Shown here piece after piece: positions 1 through 11,913 of a stretch of 64,000 nucleotides of DNA. Origin of the DNA: Sarea resinae (lineage: Eukaryota); assembly GCA_026026165.1 (NCBI GenBank), contig JAPEUD010000046.1, positions 124,001 through 188,000 on the forward strand, in the 5' to 3' direction. The stretch's first letter is position 1. The number at the start of each line of letters is the position of its first letter. A program made the position numbers and the translations under genes. Under the pieces are notes generated by a model, which saw only the letters and a program-made list of their open reading frames with translations, had not been told where the DNA came from and made no database searches.

Positions 1-56
1 AGGAGGTGTGGGTGATCAAGGGAAAGCATTGTCCCCACTGTGGTACGGCTTGCTAG
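1..56 (+). CDS. Possible 3' end of an upstream gene (EVWVIKGKHCPHCGTAC*), CxxC-containing C-terminus
   Basis: Frame starting at nt 3 reads EVWVIKGKHCPHCGTAC then TAG at 54-56; protein-like, but only 17 codons are visible. Confidence 0.3.
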   Translation, partial: EVWVIKGKHCPHCGTAC

Positions 57-1234
57 CCCATCAAAAGGTATCAGTCAACTCTCATTGCCTCGAAAGAGCT
101 CTGGCTAATTTCTTCACAGTGAAGACACCGCTTCGAAAACGATAGTATTAAATTCGTCGTCAACAGCAGGCTGTGCCTGGCAACCTTTGAGGCACTGGAT
201 TGGGCATTTAGCATTTCACCTACTTTTCTATGTTATTGATGGGCAAGGACGGGAATCCGGGGTCTCCAAAAGTGTTTTTAGCGGCATCGTCTTGCATTGT
301 ACCTTTATAATTCTCTGATTAGCTTGCAAATGAAAAGTCTGCACCTCTCCTCAAGGCAGAGCTCGAGAGTAGCACCGCGAAGCAAGGCCAGCCATCGGAG
401 AGGCAAAAAGTATTTGCACTTTAGTAGAGGCCTCAAAGCTAAAGTACGCACCTCACGACGGAACCGCTCCACAGGACCTGGTACGACTTATCGAGTTTGT
501 AATAGCAGCACAGCCACTGCTGAGAGGCGAATATCGGCATTTTAGGTAGCAAAGGGCCATTCTCAAGACTGCCCAGGTGTACAGTCTGCAATGATTTCCG
601 ACCAGGGTTTGCGGTGAAGCTGACAAACAGGATAAATAGTACGACAAGCTTGGACGATTATTCGAAGCATTTCAGAGAAAACCTGAAGATGGGCGCGGCA
701 CTTGATTCTCATATTCTCTGATGTTGGGGCTTCAATGGAAGCCCGCTCTCTGAGAACCTTCAGCATCATCGAACTTCAGCAACATCAGCTTGCTGACAGC
801 AACATTTTCCGATGGAAGTCTAGGCGATGCTCTACGTCTGCTTCTGCGTTGGGCTTGCAATTGAGTGAACGGAGCCGGAGGTATTGAAGTTTCTATACGA
901 AGTTGACGACGCTGAGATGATCTGAAGTGCAGTGGATTACTGAGTATTGAAGTGAAGTGAGGTGAGATGGATACGAGTCGAGTCGAGTTGTGTGTTGTTG
1001 CTGTGAGTCGCTGCACTACAGAGTTTCTGGTATGGTCACAGCACGGGAACAAGGGTCCTCGAACTCTCCCGGTCGCAGATCACCGCGCCCACCAAAGGTC
1101 GAGCTGACGTGGCTGCCGCGCAACAACGTCGCGAAAGGCCATCGCGACCTCCAGATCGAGCAAATTGATAGAGAAGTCTTTTCAATAGCTTAGCCTTTTG
1201 AACCCCGGAAGCAGGTAGACATTGAGCGGGCAAC

Positions 1235-1705
1235 ATGGCCACGACGGCCTCGACGCAGCTCGATCCTCGACCCGCCAGACCCGACCAACTACACGCCGTC
1301 GAGGACATCGTTCGCCGCGCCTACTCGCCATATGTAAGCCGTATCGGACGAGCGCCAGGACCGATGCTGGACGACTATGGCGCCCTGATCCGCCATGGCC
1401 GCGTCCATGTCGTCGAGCGGGATGGCGTCGTCCAGGGCATCCTGGTGCTCATCCCCGACAAGGACACGATGCTGCTGGACAACGTCGCCGTTGCTCCATC
1501 GGCCCAGGGATCGGGGCTGGGGCGCAGGATGCTCGAATACGCGGAGCAGTCCGCTCGGGAGGCAGGCTACCGCTTCATGAAGCTCTACACCAACGAGGCC
1601 ATGACCGAGAACATTGGCCTCTATTCCCGCATCGGTTACGTGGAAACACACCGGGCCGAAGAGAAGGGACTGAAGCGGGTTTACATGCTCAAGACCTTGG
1701 CCTGA
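1235..1705 (+). CDS. GNAT family N-acetyltransferase, single exon, 156 aa
   Basis: Acetyl-CoA motif A 'LLDNVAVAPSAQGSGLGRRML' (Q/RxxGxG) and 'LYTNEAMTENIGLYSRIGY' motif B; strong GC3 codon bias. Confidence 0.92.
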   Translation: MATTASTQLDPRPARPDQLHAVEDIVRRAYSPYVSRIGRAPGPMLDDYGALIRHGRVHVVERDGVVQGILVLIPDKDTMLLDNVAVAPSAQGSGLGRRMLEYAEQSAREAGYRFMKLYTNEAMTENIGLYSRIGYVETHRAEEKGLKRVYMLKTLA

Positions 1706-2147
1706 CCTCCTCGGGCTGCCACCTGCCATCCATCTTCATCTCGGTCTGCCTTGCTCGATCTGATCACGACAGATCCTATGCCGCTTTTCAAGCGTTTCGA
1801 CAGAAACGAAAGCCCACATGAATGTACTGTGGATTGGTCCAGCAATAACTTACCTTGCTCGTAGCTGAAGATCTCGCACCTTTGGCAACCTACGAGCTAG
1901 CTTAGTCAGAAAGTAAATATTAAACGTCATTGTGTCGCCGTGCGATTCCACGCAGCAGGAATGGCATAGTCATGACGTCTGAGCTGCAATGGGCTAACAG
2001 AGGTATCCCCTTGCCTTACCGTGGGGTTTCACTATTGAGGTCATCACCACCGAGTTTCTCGAATGCGAAGGGCAATCAAGCATCGAACGCTTTGGCTACG
2101 GCGTGACTAGGTGCTACTCGACCGACGACCAGAGACTGACGTAGACA

Positions 2148-3353
2148 ATGCCAAAATATATCCGTCTCCTCTCGTTCTTCAACAAAGCTGCTCTGACACC
2201 TCGTTCCCGTTTCGTGAAGCAATCTAAGATAATCACATTCAGAACCATGGCAACCGGCAAGCGCGATAATGCAGAGCTGAAGAGCGCAAAGCTCTTTGAC
2301 GTGTCCGATCTCACTGCCGTCGTGACTGGAGGCGGAACAGGCATTGGACTCATGATAACGCAGGCTTTGGTTGCCAACGGAGCCAAGGTGTATATCACGG
2401 GACGCCGTGGCGATGCCTTACAAAATGCCGTGGACCAGTACAGTACAGGGCCCGGCCATATCGTCGCGTTTGTCGTCCGACCTCAACATGTGGGATCCTG
2501 ACTGATTTGTGCCAGACTACCGGGCGATATCACAGACAAATCCGACGTGAAGCGTTTGGCTCGAGAGGTCGAGGGTAAAGAGCCCAACGGCATCCATCTC
2601 CTCGTCAATAATGCCGGAATTGCCCGAGACGACGAGACCAGATACGATGTCAATGGCAAGCCCGATTTTACCTCGGCCGAGTCCATAGCTGAGCACTTGT
2701 GGAAGAGTGAGCCTCAGTCTTGGGCCGATACGTTCGAGACAAACGTGACGTCTTACTATTTCATGTCTGTGGCGTTTCTGCCTCTGCTTCACAAGGGAAG
2801 AGAGTCGATTCCGGGCTATAGTTCAAGCATCGTCAATGTAGCCAGCATTTCTGGCTTTATGAAAGGCAGTAGTATGGGACAGTTTGCCTATGCATCTTCG
2901 AAAGCAGGTATGCAAACCTCTTCGATGAGGAAAACTGCAGTCTAACCATGAGTCAAGCTACAATCCATTTGGGCCGGATCTTGGCAAATACACTTACGAA
3001 TGCTAAGATTCGCGTCAACACAATCGCTCCAGGAGTTTTCCCAAGTGAAATGACCGCCGGATCGTCGGGGTCGGACCAGAAATCGAAACTCGACGAGTCG
3101 ATGGGAAACCCTGCTGGTAAGCTGCTATCGTGTGTATCAGAGAATGGGACCGTATGCTCACCATTTGTTCAGGTCGTCCTGGCCACGATTCCGACATGGC
3201 TGCTTGCATCTTGCTCCTTGCCGGGCCAGGAGGCCTATTCTTGAACAATCAAGTCCTTCATCCTGATGGAGGTATGTTTCGAGGATCAATATGCTCGTGA
3301 CAATGTATTGACTTGCGTCAGGCAACATGATCGTGCAAGCCGCTGCGATCTGA
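2148..3353 (+). CDS. Classical short-chain dehydrogenase/reductase (5 exons)
   Basis: VTGGGTGIG, LVNNAG, YASSK and VNTIAPG motifs; GT-AG introns at about 2468-2515, 2908-2957, 3117-3172 and 3272-3321; stop TGA 3351-3353; alternative ATG at 2247. Confidence 0.9.
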
Positions 3354-5479
3354 TCAATCGCGAGTAATGGGTCGCAAACCATTTGCTATATTTGCTATCT
3401 ACCGTCTTGCTACATAGTGGGAGCTGCAAAGGAAAGTAGATAAATCAGTAGCTCAGACACTCTACTGTATTGTGATTGCGCTCGCAAAATAAATCAGCAT
3501 ATAGTCGCCCCCACATAATTTCTATCACGGCCCGATGCTTGGATTCATCAATACAGAGTGATAATCTTGCAGACAATAGTTCAAGAACGTGGCACATACT
3601 ACCTACTAGATGTATAATCGTCCCTACCGTTGCTTTTGGCTCCTGGATAAGACTTCCTACCTTCCTTTCAATCCGGGCCGCCAACACGCCTCTGACCGTC
3701 ACCATGTTGTTTCAACATGTTCCCACGTGGCTTCATCAAAGTGAGGGGATTAGCACGACTATTGATATTCAATCTCGTATCACAACGTCAAGTTACTCTT
3801 GCAGAATCGACATCTATGCGTCTGCGCTCAGATGCGAGTATCAGACGGTTACCAATGAGTATCGTCAACCTGTCACAGGCCCATAGGCATCGCAAGCGGC
3901 CATTGTACAAGCATAACAGGCGTCAGGACCTTTGCAGGGGCAGGCTCCAGCCTCTGGCATCGCCGCATCGTCTCTACGATCAATATCTACCACTCATTGT
4001 TCACGATCATGCTTGTAGCCGATGGAACGATCAATCAGATGGCGGAAGCCATTACGCACATCCGGACGTCACAGAAAGGCAAGGCAATAACGGAAAGAAA
4101 GAGTTGGCTGATTGGCGTTCAAGGTCAGAAAGCCACCCCGTCTCCGGGTGTAACGTCGCCAACGTCAATTGCTGCGGTCGGCAATGGCGTCGTGAGGCGT
4201 CTACTTCGTACCCAGTCTCTGCTGACTTGGACACGAGAGTCTCAGAGCTGACCGCAAGAAGCATCTCTTGTGGAATGCGGGGAGTAAAAGGAGAAGCATC
4301 TTGGCAACGCTTTTGAGGACCTTCCGCCACGTCAGTGGGTGACCCGTTGGTGAATGCCAGCGATGCGATGCGACGCGATGCGATGCCCGAGGTTCTCGGC
4401 CGTGGCTGCTGAGCCGAGGGATGCTGAGGCCGGCAATCGCTGATTCATGGACGCGGCTTGTCTGGAATTATATAGGGAGTACGGAGTAAAGCTCTGGGAT
4501 CGAATTCAAACGCGAACACGACCAGCTGTGACGATGACGATGACGATGGACGATGCAGCGAGCATGGACGGAATGAAAAAGGAGCGACGATACTCTAATT
4601 TGGTGGCACTCAAGATGCAGCTTACATACTATTCCTACACCCCAAGTGCTTTAGCCCGGGATACGTGGCCTCCTTGTCTCGCTGCAGTCACATATGGATG
4701 AGGGAAATGAGAGTGTTCTGGCCGGGGTCTGGTCCCGACAGGGTAAAGTGATCCGGTATCGAGACGAATCACCTCGAAGATCAATACACGTTGGCCCACT
4801 CCAAACGGCGATCATCTTCCCATTCGATACCTCCCAGTTCGCATCGAGATGCACGATCCACCACCCAAGATTCGGCGGCTTTGCCAACTTGTTCCCTACT
4901 GGCTGCCTCACTTCGATCCTTCGACTCGCTCGGACCGCGATAGGATGAGCTAGAGTACGATATGGCCGCGGTAGTGTCATATTCCCCCACCAGGCAATTC
5001 CTCTTCCAGTCCCTCGCCCAGCTCCCTCCACCTATTCGGTGCTCTTCACCCTCCGTGGTCGTCCTAGTTCTAGGCCGCTCTTCCCTTTGCTGTACGACTA
5101 CGGCAGCCTCTTGGCATGCCGGTTTGCTCCTAGGTAATATTTACTGTCAATTTTAGAGCGTCCCCCCAGTCGCGACCCCTGCACCTCATGCACTGCCAAC
5201 CTGTCGGGCGAGAACTGCTCTGGATCAGCCGCGTCTCTCTGCTCGGTTCATAAGCCTGCCCTATCGCTGGTCAAAGCAAACCTTCCAAGCACTATCCATT
5301 TCGCTGTTCGCCTTACACTTCTCGTTGATCGTAACTCGTCCAAATCTCGAGTATCGTGAGTGGATCTGTCCTTTCGATTCTGCTGGACTTTCTTCTAACA
5401 TTGTGAGGCTTCAGAAAACCAAATATTGCCACCAACACCTTTCTGCCTCGCAAACCTACTTCCCTATCCGTATCAACTG

Positions 5480-7746
5480 ATGGCAGAGTCCGACAACTTT
5501 GGCGATAGCCTCGTCAGTAATATATTGCACGAAAAACAGACTCTCTGGCAGCAACATAGTCATCTCTCTGAACAGGAGCGACAACAGCTGTGGTCCCGCC
5601 GTGCAGCGCATCTGACTTCGATATTGGGAACAGACGCCGCCGGCAATAATCATGCTCAAACATCTTACCCGCAACAGCTTGCTCACATCCCTCGGAGTTT
5701 CTCGTCCCAAGGGAGTTCGATGACAAGACAGGAATCTGTAAGCCACCCGTGCTCACTTATTTTCCGTCTGTGAATATTAACATTGATTAGGGCTGTGAAA
5801 CCCTCCAAGGCACCGAGCCGATACGAAATCTATCCCAGCAGTCCGCACCCGCAGCCATCTCTATGTCCAGGACGGGTTCCAGCCTGTCGAAAACAAGCAA
5901 CTCCCCTTTCTCAAGCACAGGTGCCCACGTCCCACCTCTTAACTCAGTGTCACAGCCTCCACCTCTCTCGGAATGGCAATCGAATCACGACGAGCCGTTC
6001 AACGCGTACACCTTCGTACCACCAACCAGTCATCGACCCATCGACTCCCACCGAAGTCAACTCTCTCGAGTAGCAGAAGTCAGTGCCGAGGTCTACGATC
6101 CCTCCGAATACATCTCGCAGCTGCCAGAAGACCTTTCTGCCACTCCGGGTCTGTCGTTTACGCCCTCGCCCGCCTCTGCCAACTTCGATAGCTTCGACTC
6201 AAGTCCTCACGGGGTCTCGATGCCCTTATCAAATCCTCTTGGTACTTTTGCAAACTACACCTCTCCGGCATCCCCTACAACGGGCGAAATGTCGAATGGT
6301 AGAATTTTCGCAAGTGACATGAGCCGTCAAACCAGCATGGCTGGCAGTTCATTCTGTGGCGGTTTTGATATGTTGAGATTTTACTCCAATGCGTCTGAAT
6401 TTGACATGAATGGAGATCAGTCTCTATTCGATCGGTCTCGGTCAGCTGCCAAAGGCAATGACGGTGGTGATGTCTTGCTTTCGGAGAACGAGCGTTCTCA
6501 TTTTCTTCTTCATGCTGGTGGTGTTGGTGAAAATGCTCAATTTTCTCACCCTTCTTTTCCTTCTTGTGCTGTTACTGCACCTTCTGACTCATCGTCATCG
6601 GCGAACGCTGTTGTGGAGGATATGAGGCGGTCGCTTTCGGACGAAAGTAACGGTTCGTCGGCTTCTTCAGATCAAGATCAATCTCGTTCGTCACGTCGAA
6701 GACAACACGAGCAGCAGCAGCTAGCGCAAGCTGTGCGGCCAATTGCCCCAAAGCAGCCAAATGATGCTGCTGCTGCTGCCTCTTCGATCGCAATGTCTAC
6801 GTCGAGAGATGCTTCGGCTTCGGCTCCAAAGATGCTTCGCATCCAGTCTAGAGACGGCTCAATGTCAGATGACAAACTAGTTGCTATGATTCCTAAGACT
6901 GCTTACGTTCGTCCCTCTCACCCTCGCGTGATGTGCAAGCGATGCAACGACCATCCCGACGGTTTCCGCGGCGAACATGAGCTGCGTCGCCACACCGATA
7001 GATATCACCAAGTCATCCGAAAAGTATGGGTCACCGTTGATATCTCAAAAGACAAGAAATTCCTCGCCAATTGCAAGGCGTGTCGCTCGGGCAAGAAATA
7101 CGGTGTCTACTATAATGCTGCTGCTCATCTTCGCAGGGCGCACTTCAATCCCCGGAAGAGGGGCAGAGGCAAGGGCAAGAGTGATGAGAGGAGGGGTGGT
7201 AAGGGAGGTGGCGATCACCCACCGATGGATGAGTTAAAGAAATGGATGAGAGAGGAGGAGGAGCTTGTCGAGGACAATACGCTTCCTCTGGCACAACAAC
7301 GTCGAATCGACGACATGGGCACTTCAGATGCTGCCCAGCAACAGGAAGCTCTCATCAACTGTGGCGCTCCGCAGATGCAACATTCTGCTAGCACCAACTC
7401 CCTCGACAGTTGCTCGTCCTTCATCCCTGACCCAAACATCCAGATGTCTCTCTACGCGGACCCGGTGAACCCCTCCGATCTCAGTCAACAGCCGCAGTTC
7501 TTCAATCCAGCGTTTGATTCGGCTTTTGATGCGACTCAAATGGCCATGCCAATGTCAATGTCTGTGCCCTTTGGCGTGGCGACGAACAATACTGTTTTGC
7601 CTGCTGGGTTCGAACCCTCGTTTCCGGCGGGTGATCCGACGACGACGTGGAATGTGGACCCGATGCAAACACAGCAGCAGGAGCAGCAACAGGGACAGCC
7701 GATGTTCGAGGATGGCGCAGTATTTGCTATGGATATCCCTCAGTGA
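5480..7746 (+). CDS. Putative fungal C2H2-like zinc-finger protein (KLAP1 'key lime pathogenicity protein'-like; DUF7896-type from memory)
   Basis: Exon 1 ATG 5480-5737, phase-0 intron 5738-5790 joining in frame to the 5863 ORF; motifs CKRCNDHPDGFRGEHELRRH and CKAC..YNAAAHLRRAHF, basic NLS-like PRKRGRGK, S/Q-rich flanks; probable 5'UTR intron 5356-5414. Confidence 0.75.
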
Positions 7747-8464
7747 TATATCCTCCTGCCGCCTTTGTAGTTGGTTTGTAGTACGATGGTACTTTGCATT
7801 CTTCTCTTATTCTTTTCTGCTTTATCTTCTGGCTTCTTCTCTTCTAATGTCCCATAATGATTTCCCCGTTTTGCCCAACGGCTTGATCTTTGGTTCTCGT
7901 ATTCATCTTTCTTCTGGACGGGTTTTTTCGGTTCATTTACTGTCTCACGGCCTCGGTCACGGTTTTGTTAAGCTCCGGTCTGATTTGCTCTGTGGTCTAC
8001 TCCAGCGATAATAACCTCTCTCTTCTCTTTTTGTTCCTGCTCTTCTCTTTGCCAACGATCCGGCCGGCCGGCCAGTGGGCCGACTGGTGTCTGGCCTCTG
8101 GAAGGGTCGAAGTACACGCGTAGGACCGACCGGATACGGTCACGGTCTCGGCGTTCTGTTCTATTCTGTTCTATTGTATGCGGGCGGGGAAGTCGTTCCA
8201 ATCAGTCTGTCTTATCTTGTCTTATGCGCAGTCGGCGGAAACGAGGGCCAGCACTTCACTTCACTTCACATACGGGATACCGGATACAGGATACAGGAAG
8301 GCGAAAGGCAACGGGAACAGGCGTCATCGGCCCCGGCTCTGGAATGGGCTGGGCTGGGCTTTGCTGGGATGGCTCGGTATGGGTGCGGACCTACGGGCCT
8401 CTCTTGTCTTCATTTCTGTTTTTTTTTTTCTTCTTCTCGAGTGCCGCGTCTTCTGCTATTTACT

Positions 8465-8720
8465 TTATGTCTGTATGCATGTATGCATGTATGGTTGTAT
8501 GGTTGTATGTATGGGACGCGGATGGATGGATGGATGGATGGACGGACGGACGGACGGACGGATGGTGGCCCATGCGTGGGATTGTATGGCTGCGGCTCAG
8601 GGGCCTGGGGCGGGTGAGGCTCTGGATATATACATATACATATACGATACGATACCGACCGACTCTTGGATACATGAATATATTTATACACATATACGCT
8701 ACGCGCCTTCTATGATCAAT
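8465..8720. repeat. Compound microsatellite tract (TGTA/TGCA, GATG, GACG, TA/CATATA)
   Basis: Directly visible tandem 2-6 bp units, e.g. (GATG)n(GACG)n at about 8520-8565. Confidence 0.85.
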
Positions 8721-9364
8721 CCTCCGCTTCAAATGATCCTCGGCTTTCGAACGAGGGCGGCAGGTTTGGGGAGGGGGGGGGGTTAATGTCATACCATGTC
8801 ATGTCATGCGCTTGGATGAGATAGATTTGATTGCATGTCTCACTCACTCCCTCACTCCCTCAATCCCTTACCATGCATGGCTTGCTTGCATGGATTTCTC
8901 TCACTCGGGGTGGGGTTTTGGTAGAGGAATCCTCTGCTCTGAGAGAGAAAATGGGGAGAGCGGGGTGGGAAGGGGGAAGGGGGGAGGGGGGTCTTTATGT
9001 CATCAGATCGGATCATTCATAGATCCCCGGATTGCTTCCACGGATGTTCTCTAGGTAGTATGTTTCGTAAACAGTGTGAACCGTGAACAGTAGTAAACAG
9101 TAGTGTACAGTCATCGGTGGACAGTGAACGGTAAACAGTCAACGGTGGACAGACAGACAGTCAACAGTAAACAGATAATAATGGACAGTCAGTCGTACGT
9201 ATATATATCGAAAAAGGCTTATCGTACATGTACAGGTGTGTGTGTGTGTATGTATCTACTTCCCGCCGGGGGGAAAGAAAGGCGATGGAGAGAGAGAGAC
9301 TGAGATGAGATGGACTGTCCCCCTCCCATCCCCCCTCCCTCCCAGTCCCTCTACCCAACACACC

Positions 9365-11147
9365 CTACCGTCCCCCAATCCCACTCCGCCAGTCCCGCGC
9401 CCGCTCGAACCCGTTCATATGGCTATTATAGTCCAGCATCGCCTGATAGACTTCTTCCTGCGTGTTCAGCACAAACGGGCCGTATTGGACGACTTTTTGG
9501 TCCAGGGGCAGGCCCGCGATGATGACTGTGTTTTTTTGTTGGTTAGTTTTTTTGTTTTTGAAGAGGGGGTGTATTGAGAGGTGGGAGAAGATGGGGAGGG
9601 AGGGGTGGATAGTAAGAGAGGGAGGAGAAGGGGAGGAGAGTAGGGTGAGGGTCGAAAGAAGAGGGAGTAAATGAAAAGAACCCGAGGGAGTGGGCAGTAG
9701 GAAAGAGAAAGGAGTAATGAAAAGAGAGGGACGGGCGGTGAGTTGGTGAGTTGGTGGATGAGGAAAACATAATAATAAGTAATGGCACGATACATAACGC
9801 GAATAGTGATAACCGGGTCATGTGAAAGGCGTTGGTGGTTTAGTGGTAAAATCCGTCGTTGCCAGAAACACGATCCGCTAGCTTATGGGAAAGAGTTTCG
9901 ACGGGCCCCGGGTTCGATTCCCGGCCGACGCATTTTTTGACATTTTTCTCCTCGCTTCGTCAAAAAATGGAAAGAACAGCATGATTTTTGAAGAGGGAAA
10001 TCGCGCCTTCGGTGTCTTATGGCGGTTGATGAAGATGATGTTGTTGTTTTGGTGGGGGGAATTGTGAAATAAAAAAATTGACTTACCAAAACGACTGCCT
10101 TCTTTCGCGTCTGGGCTGACGGCCGCCTCGACGGAATCGCCCTTTTGCTCAAACACAACATTATGGTACTGGCCGACGCTCGTCTCGTCCTTGCCGCTCC
10201 CAAACGTCGTAGTCCCCTCCAACGTATACGCAAAAGCATTCCAGCCGGCCGGGAGATTCTGCGATACCTTGCCGCCCGGCTTGACCGTAAAATCGAGGAT
10301 CCAAACGGGCGTGTATGCCAGATCGCGCACGCTGTCGACACCTTGGCTCTGGCCCGAGATCACCTTGATCTTGACCTTGCCGTCGTCCGTCTCCAGCTGT
10401 GGGATCTCCGAGCCGCGCAGGTCCCGGTAGCGCGGCTCGCACTTCTTGAGCTTCTGCGGGAGGTCCACCCACAGTTGTAGGCCAATGTTCGAGAGACCGT
10501 CCTTGTTTCTCACCGGCATCTCCGCGTGCATGATTCCCCGGCCCGCCGTCATGAATTGCAGGTCGCCCGCGAAGATTGTCCCCTTGTTACCGGCGAAATC
10601 CTCATGGTCGACGGCGCCCTGGAGGAGATACCTTTGCGGTCAAAACGAGGTTAGTTTCTTATGATATTGGATAGAGGTAGAATCTGCAGCATTAAAGGCT
10701 CGATATCGACACGTACGTGATCGTTTCCTGGCCCCGATGTGGATGGTCGGGGAAGCCCGCGGGCGGGTTGACGGTAAAGTGGTCGAGCATCAGGAAAGGC
10801 GAGAAATTGCGCAGTCGAGCTGTGCCGATGGAGCGACGGACGCGGGCCCCAACGCCCTCGGCCTGCTCGACGGCGAGGAAGGCTTGCCGGATGGCGCGCG
10901 GGATCGACATATTCGTGTTGAGTGAGGGATCTGAGGGGGGCACGACGGGCAGGCCCACGAAGGGCGTGCTGGTGGAGTCGGCAGCCGTGATGGCGGTTGG
11001 GGTGGCTTGAGAGCCACTGACGGAGCTTGATGGGTTGCGCGATGCGCTGGTGATGGTCTTGATAAGGGCGTTGTAGAGTTGACCGTCTTGATAGCTATAG
11101 ATGATGGCCGCGACGATGCAGATGAGCAGAGAGATGGTCCACTTCAT
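9365..11147 (-). CDS. Pirin family (bicupin) protein, 3 exons, with N-terminal hydrophobic extension
   Basis: Exons 11147-10717, 10631-10087, 9525-9365; motifs EGVGARVRRSIG, PFLMLDHF, GFPDHPHRGQETITY, MTAGRGIMHAE, GLQLWVDLP, and C-terminal IIAGLPLDQKVVQYGPFVLN; stop TAG at 9367-9365. Confidence 0.93.
9829..9932 (+). tRNA. tRNA-Gly (GCC) with a 33-nt intron (9865-9897)
   Basis: Acceptor stem GCGTTGG/CCGACGC+A, D-arm TGGTTTAGTGGTAAAA (A box), anticodon stem CGTCG/CGACG with loop TT-GCC-A^T, T-arm CCGGGTTCGATTCCCGG (B box); 71 nt after intron removal. Confidence 0.95.
9933..9938 (+). terminator. RNA polymerase III oligo-T terminator
   Basis: TTTTTT immediately after the tRNA discriminator base. 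Confidence 0.8.
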
Positions 11148-11913
11148 GGGAGGGGAGGCATGGATTTATATCGCGACCTGGTACTGCAGCCGGGGTTGAT
11201 CTACGGTCAGGTAGGCCGGTTGTGATGGTGGTAGCAGTCTCATTGATATACTTCTGGAAGCTTGCCTATGTGCTTGCCACCTTGCCATTTACACCGAGAC
11301 AGTTCTCTACGGCTCATGCTTGTCCGTGGTAACAATGGGGTGGGCCAGGTGGCTTGCGAGCAATATTTGTTGCGATTATCCAGCGTTTAGTCACATTTTA
11401 GCAATGCGTTGCCCCTCAGCCCCGCCAGCGCCAGAATGACAGCGGCTGAGTAAGTGGAGAGTAAGCAGGCTCGACCATTTTCCGCTCTTCGCGCTCGCCT
11501 TGTATGTTAGCGCGACCGGGCACAACTTGTCATCGCTGAGAAATTCAGTTGCTGCTCGAGCTCGCTGCTAGCGAGAATCAAGAACCGGTGGATTTGCTGC
11601 GCGGAACGCTTCTCCTTTGCGTGTGCAATACATTTGCCTGCCTCTGCAGCCAGCCGTGTGGCAAATCCTGATCCGTTCTCTACTTGCATCGAAGAGCTTC
11701 TGGGAGCGGACTTGACTTGGTCCGGAGCCGCATGTCTAAAGTTGACGTACTTTCGTACGAGGTTCTCGTCCACCATAACTCTGTCCCCGCTTCGCCAAAC
11801 GCCATGCAAACTACAAGACCGCTCTCGATGTAAACGCCAAAGAAGCCGACAGAAGATGAAAAGCTCTTCGTAGAGACCATGGAAAGCGCCGATTCATGCT
11901 TGCATTGACTCCT

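Noticed and set aside
3445..4330. Multiple 80-200 aa ORFs on both strands
   Set aside because: No motifs, no clear codon bias and no coherent splice model
8075..8792. Several overlapping 90-200 aa ORFs
   Set aside because: They are translations of microsatellites in a 3' intergenic region
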